Shown piece after piece: positions 14,101 through 26,518 of a stretch of 64,000 nt of DNA (positions are counted from its first letter, which is position 1; every line of letters begins with the position of its first letter). The notes under the pieces were generated by a model. That model ran no database searches, was not told the DNA's origin, and worked only from the letters and a program-made list of their open reading frames with translations. The stretch is from the NCBI GenBank assembly GCA_903813345.2, contig CAIIXF020000001.1:31124001-31188000 (forward strand). Reading direction: 5' to 3'. A program made the translations under genes and the position numbers. The stretch is from Owenia fusiformis (lineage: Eukaryota).

Positions 14101-17100
14101 CAAGTCAAGTTGTCAACTTGACAACCATTCAACGAATGACCTTGGGTGAGTTATTGGTTATATAATGCATTGCAGTTATATGAAATACAATGTTTGGATT
14201 GGCTGGAATCGGACACAACTTGCTTAGCTATGTGTGGATTCTGTTTAATGTATATTCTAATTCTAAATCATTCTTTACTTTTATCCAACACAAATATGTA
14301 CATACAGCTACACTGAAATATATGGTAATAAAGAAAAATATTTACGCACTTCTCCTAACTTAGATTCGGGAATTAGTTCATACTGTGGATTCTTAGCTTG
14401 CTTCAGTTTTGGGGCAAACACTTTGTCAACATCTAGTCTTGTCATCCTATAGAGAAGTTCTTGCACACATGGAGTGATGAAAACCTCACCAGGGTCTCTA
14501 GGTCCTGGAAGTTACATGAAGTGATTAATATTTGTGAAAAACATACCTGCATCTACAAAGGTTACACTGTAGGGAATAATTCTTATTCTGGGACATAACT
14601 ACAGTATGTCTAATATGCACTTCTTCCTGAGAAAACTTTCTAACTTTTCGATTTATCAAGCATAATCTGAGAGTGGAAAAATTTGAAAGCTGCATACAAA
14701 AATATAAAATAATAACATTTATGATAAATGACCCAGTTCTACTCTTAAATTCATGTCTTAATACCCTTATTTCCATAATTCAGGATGCTATAAATCAATT
14801 TTTTCTCTGTCGCCAATTTTGGCGGGGCACTTAAAATTGGTCCAGCCAATTTTTTTCCTGTGTAGCCATAGTTCAGTTAGTCAATCCAAAATGCCTCTAA
14901 CCAACCTAGACCCCTAATTCTCCACTTACCAAAGAAGATCCAGGATGCTCACTAAGATTTCATTTGAGCTCAGAGCTAGTGATCGAGGGGGGGGGTCTAC
15001 GTACTTTGCCCCTCCCGTTAAATGTAGGAAAAGTTCACCCTTCTCAAATTTGTTCTCAGGGAATTTCTAAATACTTAAGCAATTGCTTGAATTTTTTTAA
15101 ATTCTTAATATTTACAATTATTCAGGAGAAACACTGAAATGAGAAGCAGGTGTAGAAATCCCCAGGTAGAAATCATTGCTCTCTTTAATGTTTATGAGTG
15201 GCTGTCCAGTTGACAGGCAGAATTATCTCGCTCATGCTCCCTAGATTGAAAAACATAACAATAGTAAATGGACTAATGGAGGACACTCACATTCATATAT
15301 GGTTTAAATGAGAATATTGGGATTGTCCTTCCCTAATCAGATGCAAGCTTTTGTAATCCAATTAGTCAAGGGAAGATATTCCCATGCTATTCCATAGTGA
15401 GATAGTTTGCTATCTAAATCAAGAGCATACCTTATTTGATTTTCATTGCGGCAAGAAACTTTTTAAAAAAAATTAATTTGTCTTCCCAAGAGGGAAAGCC
15501 CGAGAGCTTTAGAGATGACAGACATAATTACCTCTCTTGCTTACCACCTCCGTTTGTTCGAATTTTCACCTGCTAGTTTCCAAATACTACACTTCGATGT
15601 GATGTTTAATTAATGTAGGCATATTCCATACACCTTTCTTTTACCTTTACATGAGATAAGAAGCTATTATATTGGTTGACAATACAGAAATGAACATAAT
15701 ATTATTCAAAGCTTATTTCGAAAATTTAGAATCTGCCGCACCATTGATGACATTTGTTTGTTGATTTTTGACCAATTAGAGATGTATGTAAACATACATG
15801 TTTATAAGTTTATATGTTTTTAAATGTTAAGGTTTTAAATTATATTCTATTCAAATTCTATCACTGTTAAATTATATATCTGCTTTATATGGGCTTATTA
15901 GCCTTTTGCAGATTATTGACATAGACATAAGCCTATATCATCCTCGAACTCTGGGATTAATACCCCATGATGCGTCCCTGAATCCTCGTTCTTCCGGGCT
16001 TGTTCTACCCAACATCAGGGGGGTAGATTTCCCAAAGATGACCTTTCATATTGGCACGTTCAAAAACAAATTTTATAAACAGGTCTCATTTGCCATTGAA
16101 ATGGATCTCCAAATGATCGCTGTAGTTTTATGAGTATTCTCTACAGTCTACAAGTATGGATCGAGTAGTGAAGATCTTGAACTGATGTTAACATCATTCC
16201 AACGATTTCAAATTTAACTTTGCGCATGCGCAGCACTGAGAGAACACATGCTCATGATTGTTCACGTGATTACATCCTGCAATTTGATTGGAGATGATGC
16301 TGGAGATGATTTATCCCATGCCAGGACTATAGTCCTGCGAACGTCTTATTCTTTTGCCTGTACGATTACAACATGGGAGAATTTTCTTCGCTTCTTACAC
16401 TTAAGATACCTATTTCAATAGATTCCTTGGTATTTTAGCATTCTTTTCTTGTAGTTGAATCCACAATTGTCTGGGTTTATCGGCAGAACAAAGAAATTTT
16501 CGTTTTTAATCACAATATTTGAGTGTAATATTTAACTTATTTCAACCATCAAATTCCTCCACTTTTGGTGCTTCTGGACTACTTCCGGGTCAGTCAAATG
16601 GGGAATCCCCTTTTAAATCCAACGAAAAAGAAAAATGTTCCCGTTCTGCCGATATACCCAGACAATTGTGGATTCTACTTCTCGAAAAGAATGCTAAAAT
16701 ACCCAGGAATCAATTGAAGTAGGTATCGGAAGTATAAGCGGCGTAGATAATTCTCCCAAGTTGTAATCGTACAGGCAAAAGAATGCTCTCAATGCAGGAC
16801 TATAGTCCTGGTACGGGATAAGAGATGATGTAATGGGGAATCCCTGAATACGATAGAATATGAAAGAATTATGGGAGCTACTCACTTCTTCTGACCCAAC
16901 TAAGAGGAGGGAAAGCCCCAGAGTTTAAAGATGACAGACATAATTACCTCTCTTGCTTACCACCTTCGTTCGTTCGAATTTTCATCGGCTAGTTATCAAA
17001 TACTACACTTCGATTGGATGTTTTAATTGATATAGGCATATTCCGTACACCTTTCTTTATCTTGATGTGAAATGAGAAGCTATGATATTGGTTAACACGC

Positions 17101-17524
17101 CAGAAATGAACATAATATTATTCGAAGCGTATTTCGAAAATTTTGAAACCGCCATTGATGACGTCATTTGTTTGTCGACTTTTGACCAATCAGCGACGAT
17201 GTCATCTCAATACAGATTTACATTATAAGCGTATGTCATCTTTGAACCCTGGGGTTTCTCCCCCTCTTGACCCAACTTGTTATTTTTAGTGGGCGATAAT
17301 AGAGTATTCATTCACTAAAGTTGATTCTTCGAAGATATAGGCATAGTACCAATTGAAATAACGTACTTACCTAAAGGAACTGCTTCATTACTACAATATT
17401 TACGTATTAGTAACTTTCTTTTATGTAAAACTGAAGAAGAATTCGATAAAAACCGATGACATTTTGTGAAAATTCTTCCAGCGGAAGTCATGTTTTCAGG
17501 AATGCTGGGTATATTGAACGCCAT
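5163..17524 (-). CDS. MRPS22: Mitochondrial small ribosomal subunit protein mS22
   Basis: Eight coding exons with consistent phases: 17371-17524 (MAFNIPSI.., presequence-like), 14350-14504, 13412-13576 (LQMPPVLKQRAPLKEVLEENPDIAGITETKYIFTDITYG), 12502-12645 (ERYIVAREADGTLRKATHDERDRMINVYFP), 10797-10880 (QFEPDSPDYIR), 5979-6124 (LRSTRHFGGLAFYL), 5563-5674, 5163-5273 (ELALQSY, TAG). These motifs are recognisable MRPS22 signatures. Confidence 0.95.
6542..10754. mobile_element. Academ-like foldback DNA transposon with decayed transposase remnant, in MRPS22 intron 5
   Basis: Termini TAGGTAGTAAGCTAGCACCC...GGGTGCTAGCTTACTACCTA, inverted arms >1 kb (outer ~200 bp nearly perfect), 3-bp TSD AGA (6539-6541 / 10755-10757). 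Frameshifted minus-strand fragments at ~7860-8070 read DISLLPPCQ..KH and AHIVNPDIPAEDGHGWKL..GIDW. Confidence 0.8.
12039..12460 (+). mobile_element. Helentron/HINE-like non-autonomous element (two similar 3' ends)
   Basis: ATCCCA(C/T)AGGCT(T/C)ACTGTG(C/T)GAGTCAAAA palindromic end at ~12060-12089 and ~12430-12459; (GGAC)n microsatellite at 12409-12420. Confidence 0.45.
15487..15968. mobile_element. MULE-like MITE, older and longer copy
   Basis: Aligns over ~290 bp with 16902-17195; degenerate right TIR at ~15926-15968; extra internal segment 15841-15926 matches 54790-54887 in reverse orientation. Confidence 0.6.
16311..16821. mobile_element. MITE with 8-bp TSD
   Basis: TIR TTATCCCATGCCAGGACTATAGTCCTGC / GCAGGACTATAGTCCTGGTACGGGATAA; flanked by GAGATGAT at 16303-16310 and 16822-16829. 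Confidence 0.75.
16902..17268. mobile_element. MULE-like MITE with 9-bp TSD
   Basis: Imperfect ~35-bp TIRs (AAGAGGAGGGAAAGCCCCAGAGTTTAAAGATGACA / TGTCATCTTTGAACCCTGGGGTTTCTCCCCCTCTT); TSD GACCCAACT at 16893-16901 and 17269-17277. Confidence 0.8.
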
Positions 17525-17529
17525 CTATA

Positions 17530-17554
17530 GCTTCATGGCAACGTTGCTAGCAAC
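17530..17554. promoter_or_regulatory. Tandem RFX X-box motifs in the MRPS22/CFAP107 bidirectional promoter
   Basis: GCTTCATGGCAAC immediately followed by GTTGCTAGCAAC, matching the GTTNCC/ATGGCAAC-type X-box, upstream of a ciliary gene. Confidence 0.7.
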
Positions 17555-17841
17555 AACGCATCACTCATAAGATTATAGTTCCAAGAAGTTAATTCTTTAC
17601 AAACTTCATGATATTTCTCAAGTCACTTATCATATCTTCGCAACTTTATAGTTTATAAGAACAAAAACTATCAACCAATGGAACAAAGCAAAGAACACAA
17701 ATACTTTGGGCTTATATTTTAAATGTCACATTGACCTTTCTAAATATTCATACTCATGTAAACAATAATTGAGTGCAAGGCAACCATAAAGAACTCCCAA
17801 ACTTTATTATTAGGATAGGGAGTAAACAGAACACACAGAAA

Positions 17842-19860
17842 ATGTCTCACGGTGACCCACAGAAATGGCACATGCCTGGTTGGAGAATAGAACAGAAATA
17901 TGGTCCAGGTGTCTTGATAGGCAACTATGGAGAAGACAGATATAGAGTGAGTATAAGATTATTCTTACAAAGCAGAAATGGGGAACTTTACATGTAGCCT
18001 ATGTGTATAACTTACAATTACAAATCAAAATGGCATCTCACAATATGTTCAGTGAACTAATTGTCAGTTTTAATAGGGGTTAGCCTACTATTCTATGACA
18101 ATACATATAAGATCCATTCAGATACCACATATGCTTTTATGACACGTAAAACAAATAATATAATAAAACCATCGAGTATCAAACAAATAAAACTGCAATA
18201 TCATTAAAATCTATATAGGTTTATAAAACATTAAAAAATATATGAGTCACTGAGACATCATACAATAAGTACTCATCCAATTTATTTTTAAAAAGTTTCC
18301 AGATAAACAAGCTGGGAGAAATCAAGTAAAAATTTAACTATTTTATTCACCACTGCATGATCAACATGATTGTACAATGAAAATGAATATGCCATACAAT
18401 ATAAGGGAAGAACAAACAATCTTCCAACAGAACATGTAATCAAATGAAGTAGAATAATACCCGCTTGTAGAAAATAATGATAAATTATTTATGAAAACGG
18501 AAGCAGAGGGAATTCATTCTGACATATTAGATACAGTCTTACATGACTTTCCCATTTCTATATAAATCAACAAGCAGTAGAATATAATGTTGGCTATTTA
18601 CTCTGTTCGGTTTGTGTTCAAATAAAAGACAATAGAGACTTGGTCTAGGTAGCATAAAGTAAATTGATCTCTTGTGTCTGGACAATAAAAATCAATTCCT
18701 GCTAACATATGCCTATAAACACTGTTCAGTTGGATCAATATGTGTTAACAGCAGGTTGTTAAATTGATATTCTGCAGAAGTATGATCTCGAGATAATGCG
18801 TGATAATAGCGCCATCGTATTTGCACCTCCAATCAATATATAAACATAATCAATGTCTTTAAGTAAATTGCACGAGTAAATGCTGAGAATGATAGAAAGA
18901 TATTACTAGTATCATTCATATGCCTCTTTAAATTATGAAGGATTTTCGTAATACAAATGTATATCACAAAATATATATCAACTTTTAGTTAGTAATAAAT
19001 ATGTTTTACTTTCAGTTCCAAAGAGATCCTACCAATATGTGCCACAACAGCACTCATAGAACAGATTTCAGATCTTATGGGGGTTACAGGCCTGATGTTG
19101 TCATTCGCAGGAAAGCTCAAATCAAACATGATGGACTTGGCAAAGAATATCTCTTCTCACATCATGGGAAACGATATTCAAATAATATGATATCTTGGTA
19201 TGATGAGCATTATAATAAGAGAGAACGAGATGAGAACAATAAACTTCCCAGCCTAAGATCTTGGGACAGTCACAGTTTGGCATGGCAGCCAGAAAAGTCA
19301 GACTATCCCATTCAAGGTAATTTTTGTTATTTTAGAATTTGCTAATTTAAAAGAAAAGGGCAATGATGAAATGAATATTCCTGCGCAATCCATTATTATT
19401 TGTTATACAGAGGAAAGTTGATTTATGCATCTGGCATACAGGTTCAAGTCAATTGGGTAACCCACAAATGCACAAGTCACTTTACCAAATGGGCCACAAA
19501 AAGCTTTTTGATAAAATCATTAAGTAAATAAAATTACAATGTAATACTTTTCTCATTCCAGGTGCATCTACAAACTTTGGCCTGAAACAGAAACTAGAGA
19601 GCAAATGGCGAGATCAGATTGCAGATGAAACCAAAGGAGATTACATCACAAACTACCAAAGATCACACACTTGGACACCAAAAGAAAGTTTACAGACATT
19701 GAGATATGCGAATGCTCGTGAACTCTCCACCACATTGCACCCATATAATAGAGTGAACAGTAACCTTAACCTTCGAAATCAGACTGTAGGAGGTGTAGCA
19801 AAACAGCCAGAAATTATGCCAGGACAGTTCACACATGCTGTTCCAACTGTTGGAGTATAA
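17842..19860 (+). CDS. CFAP107: Cilia- and flagella-associated protein 107 (C1orf158 homolog)
   Basis: Exons 17842-17946 (MSHGDPQKWHMPGWRIEQKYGPGVLIGNYGEDRYR), 19016-19316 (..LFSHHG..MISWYDEHYNKR..LPSLRSWDSHSLAWQPEKSDYP), 19562-19860 (GASTNFGL.., TAA). Phases consistent; motifs match C1orf158. Confidence 0.9.
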
Positions 19861-21769
19861 TATAGATCTGCAGATATTATAGCCAAAAATTTCATCCATC
19901 ATATTTTCTCATTAAATATCTCTAGTTTGACTATTATTGGATAATTATGTCTAGACTATTTTACAATGTTATATCACATCTATACACTAAACAAAAATAA
20001 TCACTTTTATCAATTTTATTATTTTAAATAAAATAATTCCAAAGAGTAGAAACATTACAGATAAACACTGGCTGTTTATGTTCCAGTGCCAAAGCTAGCA
20101 AGTAAAATGAAAAATATTGTGAATGCTCAAATCATAAATATCAGATAGGGTCGTTATGAATGATATAAAACAGTATTAGACTGACAAGTATTTAGCAGTT
20201 TGTATGAGGGTATTATACCTGGATAGTATTATCACATAATAGCCCACATGGGCAATGTCTGTACCTCCAATCCTGAATTACCCCAAAATATGTTACTTGT
20301 ACCTTCAATAGACTTTAGTCCTAGACTTCTTATTTAAAATACCCAACCAAAGCTTGAAAATTATTACTCCCCTGGTACTGTACTAAGCAGAATGGCAAGT
20401 TCCCCATTGGAGTTTCATGTTTTCACCTTTCTTGATTTTAAAAGGCAATTAAATCACTTATTAAAGCAATTTTTCAAGCTTAGATAATTGTAAAAAATAA
20501 TGTTTATATCAAAGTCTATTAATGGTGCAAGTTACATTATTTTAGGGTGGAATTAATCTAATTGCAATTATGAAAACTATTGTAACCATATTGTTTTGTT
20601 TACAGAGTTATGCAAATCACCTTGCTTATTGGATGGCTTTTGTTAATCACAAATCATTTAATATGTTGTATGACTCTACATCCTAAATGTATTTCTCAAT
20701 ACTATAAAGCTGAGCTTTTTCATATACAATGTCATGAACAATCTAGTAATATAGCGGGGTCAGATGTCCTTTTTTTGTTCGGCTTTTTCAGGAAAGCAAC
20801 AAACTTGGCACAGTTGTAGAATCATATGATCTGAGTGAAAAATGATTTCAGGGCAAGTGATTTAGGGTGGTCTTCATGGATATTTTAGCCTCTGACCCCC
20901 CACCCCTACCAGACTGGGAGGGGTATATTATTAAAATTAAATAAAAATGGTTTTAAAGTATTTTTCTTTAAATGACTTCATTTGGTGATTGCTTTGAGCC
21001 ATGAAATTGTGTAAAACCCAATTAAGAAGTTGTCTGTAGCAAGAAAAACTCATTTTAACCCAATTATCTAAGAATAATTCGTTGTTTAAAGGGCCAAATA
21101 CGGGACATCCAGTCCTGTATTTCAAGAATGTGATGTCTGATAGTCATGAAAAAATTCATAGTAGTAGAGGTTTAAGTGTTCATCACAGGTAGAAAATATA
21201 TTATGGGTGGCTCATGTATTTTTTAAGAAAAAAATTCTCGAAATTTCAATTTTTAAGTGCATGCAGCTCAGGGGTAACCTTATTTTACCTTAATAATTTT
21301 TAAAATATGCAATGTATGCATCTCATATGAGGTCTAAATGATGCATAGAGCATTGTTTTGTCATATTATTCCTAATTAGATGTAAAAAAATTATTGGAAA
21401 TTTTTCAAAAATCCAAATTTTCATTTTCGCTTCTAAAAGGCCAGGGGTAACCATATTTTACCTTAATAATTTTCAAGATATGTAATATATGCATCTCAAA
21501 TTAGCTCAAAATGGTGCATATAGTTTTGTTTTATCAGATTACCCTTGATTAGATGTAGAAAAATGATTTGACATTTCTTAAAAATCTAAATTTTCATTTT
21601 AGCTTATTGTGGCCCATGGGTAGCCATATTTTACCTCAATAATTTTCAAAGTACGAGACGTATGCATCTCAAATGAGCTTTAAAGGGTTTTTAAATCTTC
21701 TTTTGTCATATGTTATTCTTAGGGAATGTAAAAAATGTTTGGAAATTTGAAAAAATGACATTTTCATAT

Positions 21770-22217
21770 TAGGCCATAAGAATAAGATTCTCTGCTTTGC
21801 GTCCTGGCAAAATCCAAATCATGCTAGGGTACAAGGAAAACAAACACAGACTCAAGAAAAAACACAAACTTGTTTGCTGAGAAATGTATACATTTTATGG
21901 GCATTAAAAGAGATGACATACCAATTTGCAGTGATACAAACACAGATCTATACATTTTATACAATATATTTAAATATAGGTATTATTCAAGGGTAAAAAT
22001 AAGAAAATACACAATGTATGCCAAAGTAATCAATAACACTGTCAATTTTGACGCATATCAATTTATCCGCCCTTTCATCTGTTCCTGATTGAACGAAATG
22101 CGATGTTACTTTCAGACCCTTGTGGTAGCTATTTGGATGTGTTTGTTTTTTTCTGATTTACTCAAAATTGTGCAAGCAAGGGGACGCAAAACAAAGAATC
22201 TAATTCTTATAGGCTTA
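21770..22217. mobile_element. MITE nested in the foldback element
   Basis: TAGGCCATAAGAATAAGATTCTCTGCTTTGCGTCC is an imperfect inverted repeat of GGACGCAAAACAAAGAATCTAATTCTTATAGGCTTA. Confidence 0.6.
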
Positions 22218-22347
22218 GCTTTTGATGCCATTTTACCATAATAAGTTAAATAAAGATATATCACACGAGCTCAAAATGTTGAATATGGTCAAGTTTTGTC
22301 ATTTATTCCTTCTGAGATAAGAAATAATAATTAAGAAAATTATAAAA

Positions 22348-22466
22348 AATCTCAACATCCATTTATTTATTTATATAAAGAATCTCAACATCCATTTATT
22401 TATTTATATAAAGAATCTCAACATCCATTTATTTATTTATATAAAGAATCTCAACATCCATTTATT
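22348..22466. repeat. 33-bp minisatellite, ~3.6 copies
   Basis: AATCTCAACATCCATTTATTTATTTATATAAAG repeated in tandem. Confidence 0.9.
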
Positions 22467-23559
22467 CCTTTTTAGTACCAGTAGCTCAATTTTGTACTAT
22501 AGTTTTATCGAGCAGTTTTTTAAGATATGAAAATGTTTGACAATCCAGTTTATACTGAGTAGTGGCATTGTTAAGATTCTGTGTATAATCATTTGAAAAT
22601 ATAATCCAAAACCATAAAACATAATCAAACAGGTCAGGATTTATAGATTCTGACGTCTCCCCTACAGCTACATAGCCCAGAGCAAATGAGATATGATTTC
22701 AAACATTTGCATACTGTTCCCTCGACACTCCTTAAACATCAAACAAGTTTTTTGCATGCCTCGAATGCAAGATCTTTTGTTATTATACAGAATTCCACCT
22801 CATAGGACCTACATTTTCATATGCTGTGGCCTCAGTATCAGCAGTGGGAGTAGTCCAGCCACATTCATATGGTGATAGAAACTGTGTGTTAGAATGCATC
22901 AGAATAACAAATGACTCTACAACTGCAATATTTCTAAGAAAAGATTCAAAGTTTAAAACAACTGCAATCGCTCTGGGTATACACCTTCCATTCCTTCAAA
23001 TCAGATGATTTAGAGTAGTAGTAGAATGCAAAGGTGACATATTAAATCCAGTGATTGCATGAAAAATTGGGAGGGATTGGGATTGGGGAGGGATTGCATT
23101 TGGTAAAAGAAAATCCATTCAATAACTAGCTGCGCATGATATTGCAAGATCACTTGGCCATGACCAAAGTTTAGCCCTCCCGATTTTTCATTCAATCATT
23201 CTATGCGATGTCAAATCTGCATTTAACTACTACTCTAAATCATCTGATTTGGAGGAATGGAAGGTGTACCCAGAGGTGATGCAAGTGTTCTTAAACCTTA
23301 TATCTTTATATAATATTTCATTGATTTATCATTTTTTATCTCAGTATGAATATATGAACGTATGAATATGGCAAAATGCCATTTTGAGCTTATTTGAGTT
23401 GCAAATGTGACATATCTTGAAAATTATTATGGTAAAATGAGGCTACCTATAACCAGTCAAAAGCTAAATCAAAATCTGATCATTTTTTACATCTCCTTAG
23501 AAATGATATGACAAAACAAGATTATATACACCATTTCAAGCTCATTTGAGATGCATATA

Positions 23560-24474
23560 CACGGGATACTAGAGTATCCGCGTATATTGAGTATGACCGG
23601 TTCTAAGCTTACGAGTGTGACCGTATTTCTGTTCCTATAAACAGTTGAGGTGAGTATTTGCTTTTTATGAACACTTTCGAACGTTTTCTTTTTATCCTAC
23701 TTGGTCAATGAATGATACTTGGTATACTTATAATGCCAGGCATATCACAAGGGGCCTTAATCAAGAGAAAACGTATTAATATTAGATTGAAGCCGTAAAA
23801 TCCTAGTTTCCAGCATCTTTGATCAGTTTTTGTGTAACACAACGCAACTCCGAAGAGGATGACACATCTTATGTATAATATATAGCTAGATCTACGAATT
23901 AGTCATGAATATTTTAAATAATTTAGCCTGCTCTGTCCAAATATGATACATCTTTGAATTTTTGAGAATACGAATGTCACTGGTGCCCCATTATTGGAGA
24001 ATACGATTGTGAAACAATCAGTGGGCCGTGTTACACTCGTTTCCATGACATTTCACAAGCGTATCCTCTGGGAAAAGATAAATCCTTTTCTTGCTCAATC
24101 TACGGGGGATCATATAAACTGAGATTTGGAGATCTTGTTCAGGTTAGCCATAAAAAGGTTTGGGATTTGATTTTTTCTACTGTGATATTAATGATTTGGC
24201 TCTAAGGCGAGAAATCTGTACTTTCTGATTGATATTCCATTATGAACAGTTACATTGCTAAAATAGCTCATGTTTAACATTTTTTTGTTACATTACTATT
24301 AAATACAGCATAAACTATATTCAACAAACACAATTTCAAAAAGGATAATATAGAAGTTAACCTTTATTTTCCATTTTTAAGCAGCTGTGCCTCTCATGAC
24401 TTTCCAAAACAGGTTATATTCGTAGCCTAAGAACGGGTCATACTCAATATACGCTGATACTCTAGTTACCCGTG
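23560..24474. mobile_element. CAC...GTG-ended non-autonomous element (Transib/CMC-like), nested
   Basis: ~55-bp TIRs CACGGGATACTAGAGTATCCGCGTATATTGAGTATGACC / GGTCATACTCAATATACGCTGATACTCTAGTTACCCGTG; flanked by ATATA (23555-23559, 24475-24479); interrupts one 171-bp host unit. Confidence 0.75.
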
Positions 24475-26518
24475 ATATATGTAACATACATTGAAAATTA
24501 TTATGGTAAGTATGGTTACCCTTGGGCTGTCAAAAGCAGAGCTCAAATAGAAAATTTAGATTTTTAGATATTAGATATTTAGAAATGTCAAATTACGTTT
24601 TATATATTATTAGGGGAAATATGAAAACAAGACTTCTGGTACATGAACCACTTTGAGCTCATTTGTGATGCATATGTAACACACATTGCAAATTATTATG
24701 TTAAAAATATGGTTATAGAAAATTCAGATTTTTAAGAAATGTCCAATAATTTTTCTTCATCTTATTTTGGGTATGATAAAACAAGACTATATGCACCATT
24801 TTGAGCTCATTTGAGATGCATATATTACATATCTTGAAAATTATTATGCTAAAATATGGTTACCCCTGGACCATCTGAAGCTTAAATGAAAATATAGAGT
24901 TTTAAGAATTATCAATTATTTTTCTTCATCTTATTAGGGTTAATATGATAAAACAAAACTAGATGCACCGTATTGAGCTCATTTGAGATGGATATATTAC
25001 ATATTTTAAAAATTATTAAGGTACAATATGGTTACCCCTGGCCATTCAGAAGCGAAAATGAAAATTTAATTTTAAAAAAATTCCAATCTTTTTTTACTTC
25101 TGATTAGCAATATTATGAAAAAACAAGACTAGATGCACCATTTTGAGCTCATTTGAGATGGATATATTACATATTTTAAAAATTATTAAGGTACAATATG
25201 GTTACCCCTGGCCATTCAGAATCGAAAATGAAAATTTGAATTTTTTTGAATTCCAATCTTTTTTGTACATCTAATTAGCAATAATATGACAAAATAAGAC
25301 TAGAAGCACCATTCTGAGCTCATATGAGATGCATACATTGACTATCTTAAAAATTATTGAGGTAAGATAAGGTTACCCCTGAGCCAAATGCACCAAAAAA
25401 TTGAAATTTCGATAATTTTTTTCTCTGAGAATACATCAGCTACCAAAGCAATATTTTCTAACTGCGATAAACACTTATACTTCTATTACTGTGAATTTTT
25501 TTAAGACTATTAGTCATCACATTCTTGAAATACAGTAATGGACGTCCCATATTTGGCCCTTTAAATAATACGTTTTTCCTGGATATTTGGGTTAAAATGT
25601 ATTTTCCTCACTAAATACCACTTCTAAAATGAGTTTTACATCATTTCAAGGCTCAAAGCAATCACCAAATGAAGTCAATTAAACAAATATACTTTAAAAC
25701 CATTTTTATTTATTTTTTATAATTTACCCCCTCCCTACCTGATAGGGGTGGGGGTCAGAGGTAAAAAAATCTGTGAAGACCACCCCCAATCACTTGCCCT
25801 GAAATCATTTTTCACTCAAATCATATGTTTCTACAAATGTGCCAAGTTTGTTGCTTTCCTGAAAAAGCCGAACAAAAAAGGGGTTATATCTGGACATCTG
25901 ATCCCGCTAATAGGTTCTGTTTAGAAAATATATATTTTTTAAATAAAGGAAAATAAAAGTATTAAAAAGTAAAATGATAGTTTTGTTTTATCCTGCATGA
26001 TGATAGATTTGTTTTGATACTGCAAAAAAGGATTCTACTAAAAGCGTCTGCATTTTGATATACATCTATACAAATAAATAGTTTAACTAAAGATATTTAC
26101 AGTTTACTCATATTACATTACTGTTGCAGTGCTTATTAGGAGAACAACTTTAGTCATTTTGTAATTTAATTTTTAATTAATTTTGTTTTACCACAAACTA
26201 TTGATCTGTAAATCTTTGCTACTAAGTTTTCATGGTTGAATTTATACACATGATCTATTAAAATGGGGAGAGTAACATGGGATTTGAGTTCTCGGGTTAA
26301 TTTTTTTAAAGTTTGTAAACCTTTTTGTATTCAAGGGAAAATAATATGGGCATTTTTAGATTTTATTGATGGTATTCTAGAATATTATCTGAGATACAAA
26401 GTCAAACATAAAGTTGTTCTCCTTTATGTTTTTTGATTCATTTAACATTCTTATATTTCTCCTGCTTAATGGCAAAAATATCCTGATATAAAAGATGCAT
26501 TATAATTATAAATATAGA

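Larger units (their letters stand above)
20752..25909. mobile_element. Academ-like non-autonomous foldback element with ~171-bp subrepeats
   Basis: Termini TAGCGGG(G/A)TCAGATGTCC...GGACATCTGATCCCGCTA, long inverted arms, 3-bp TSD ATA (20749-20751 / 25910-25912); subrepeat marker TGAGCTCAT at ~24801, 24973, 25143, 25314. Confidence 0.85.

Noticed and set aside
16948..17155. ATG-initiated segment as MRPS22 coding exon 1
   Set aside because: It has in-frame stops and lies within a MITE; exon 17371-17524 is open and phase-compatible with exon 2.
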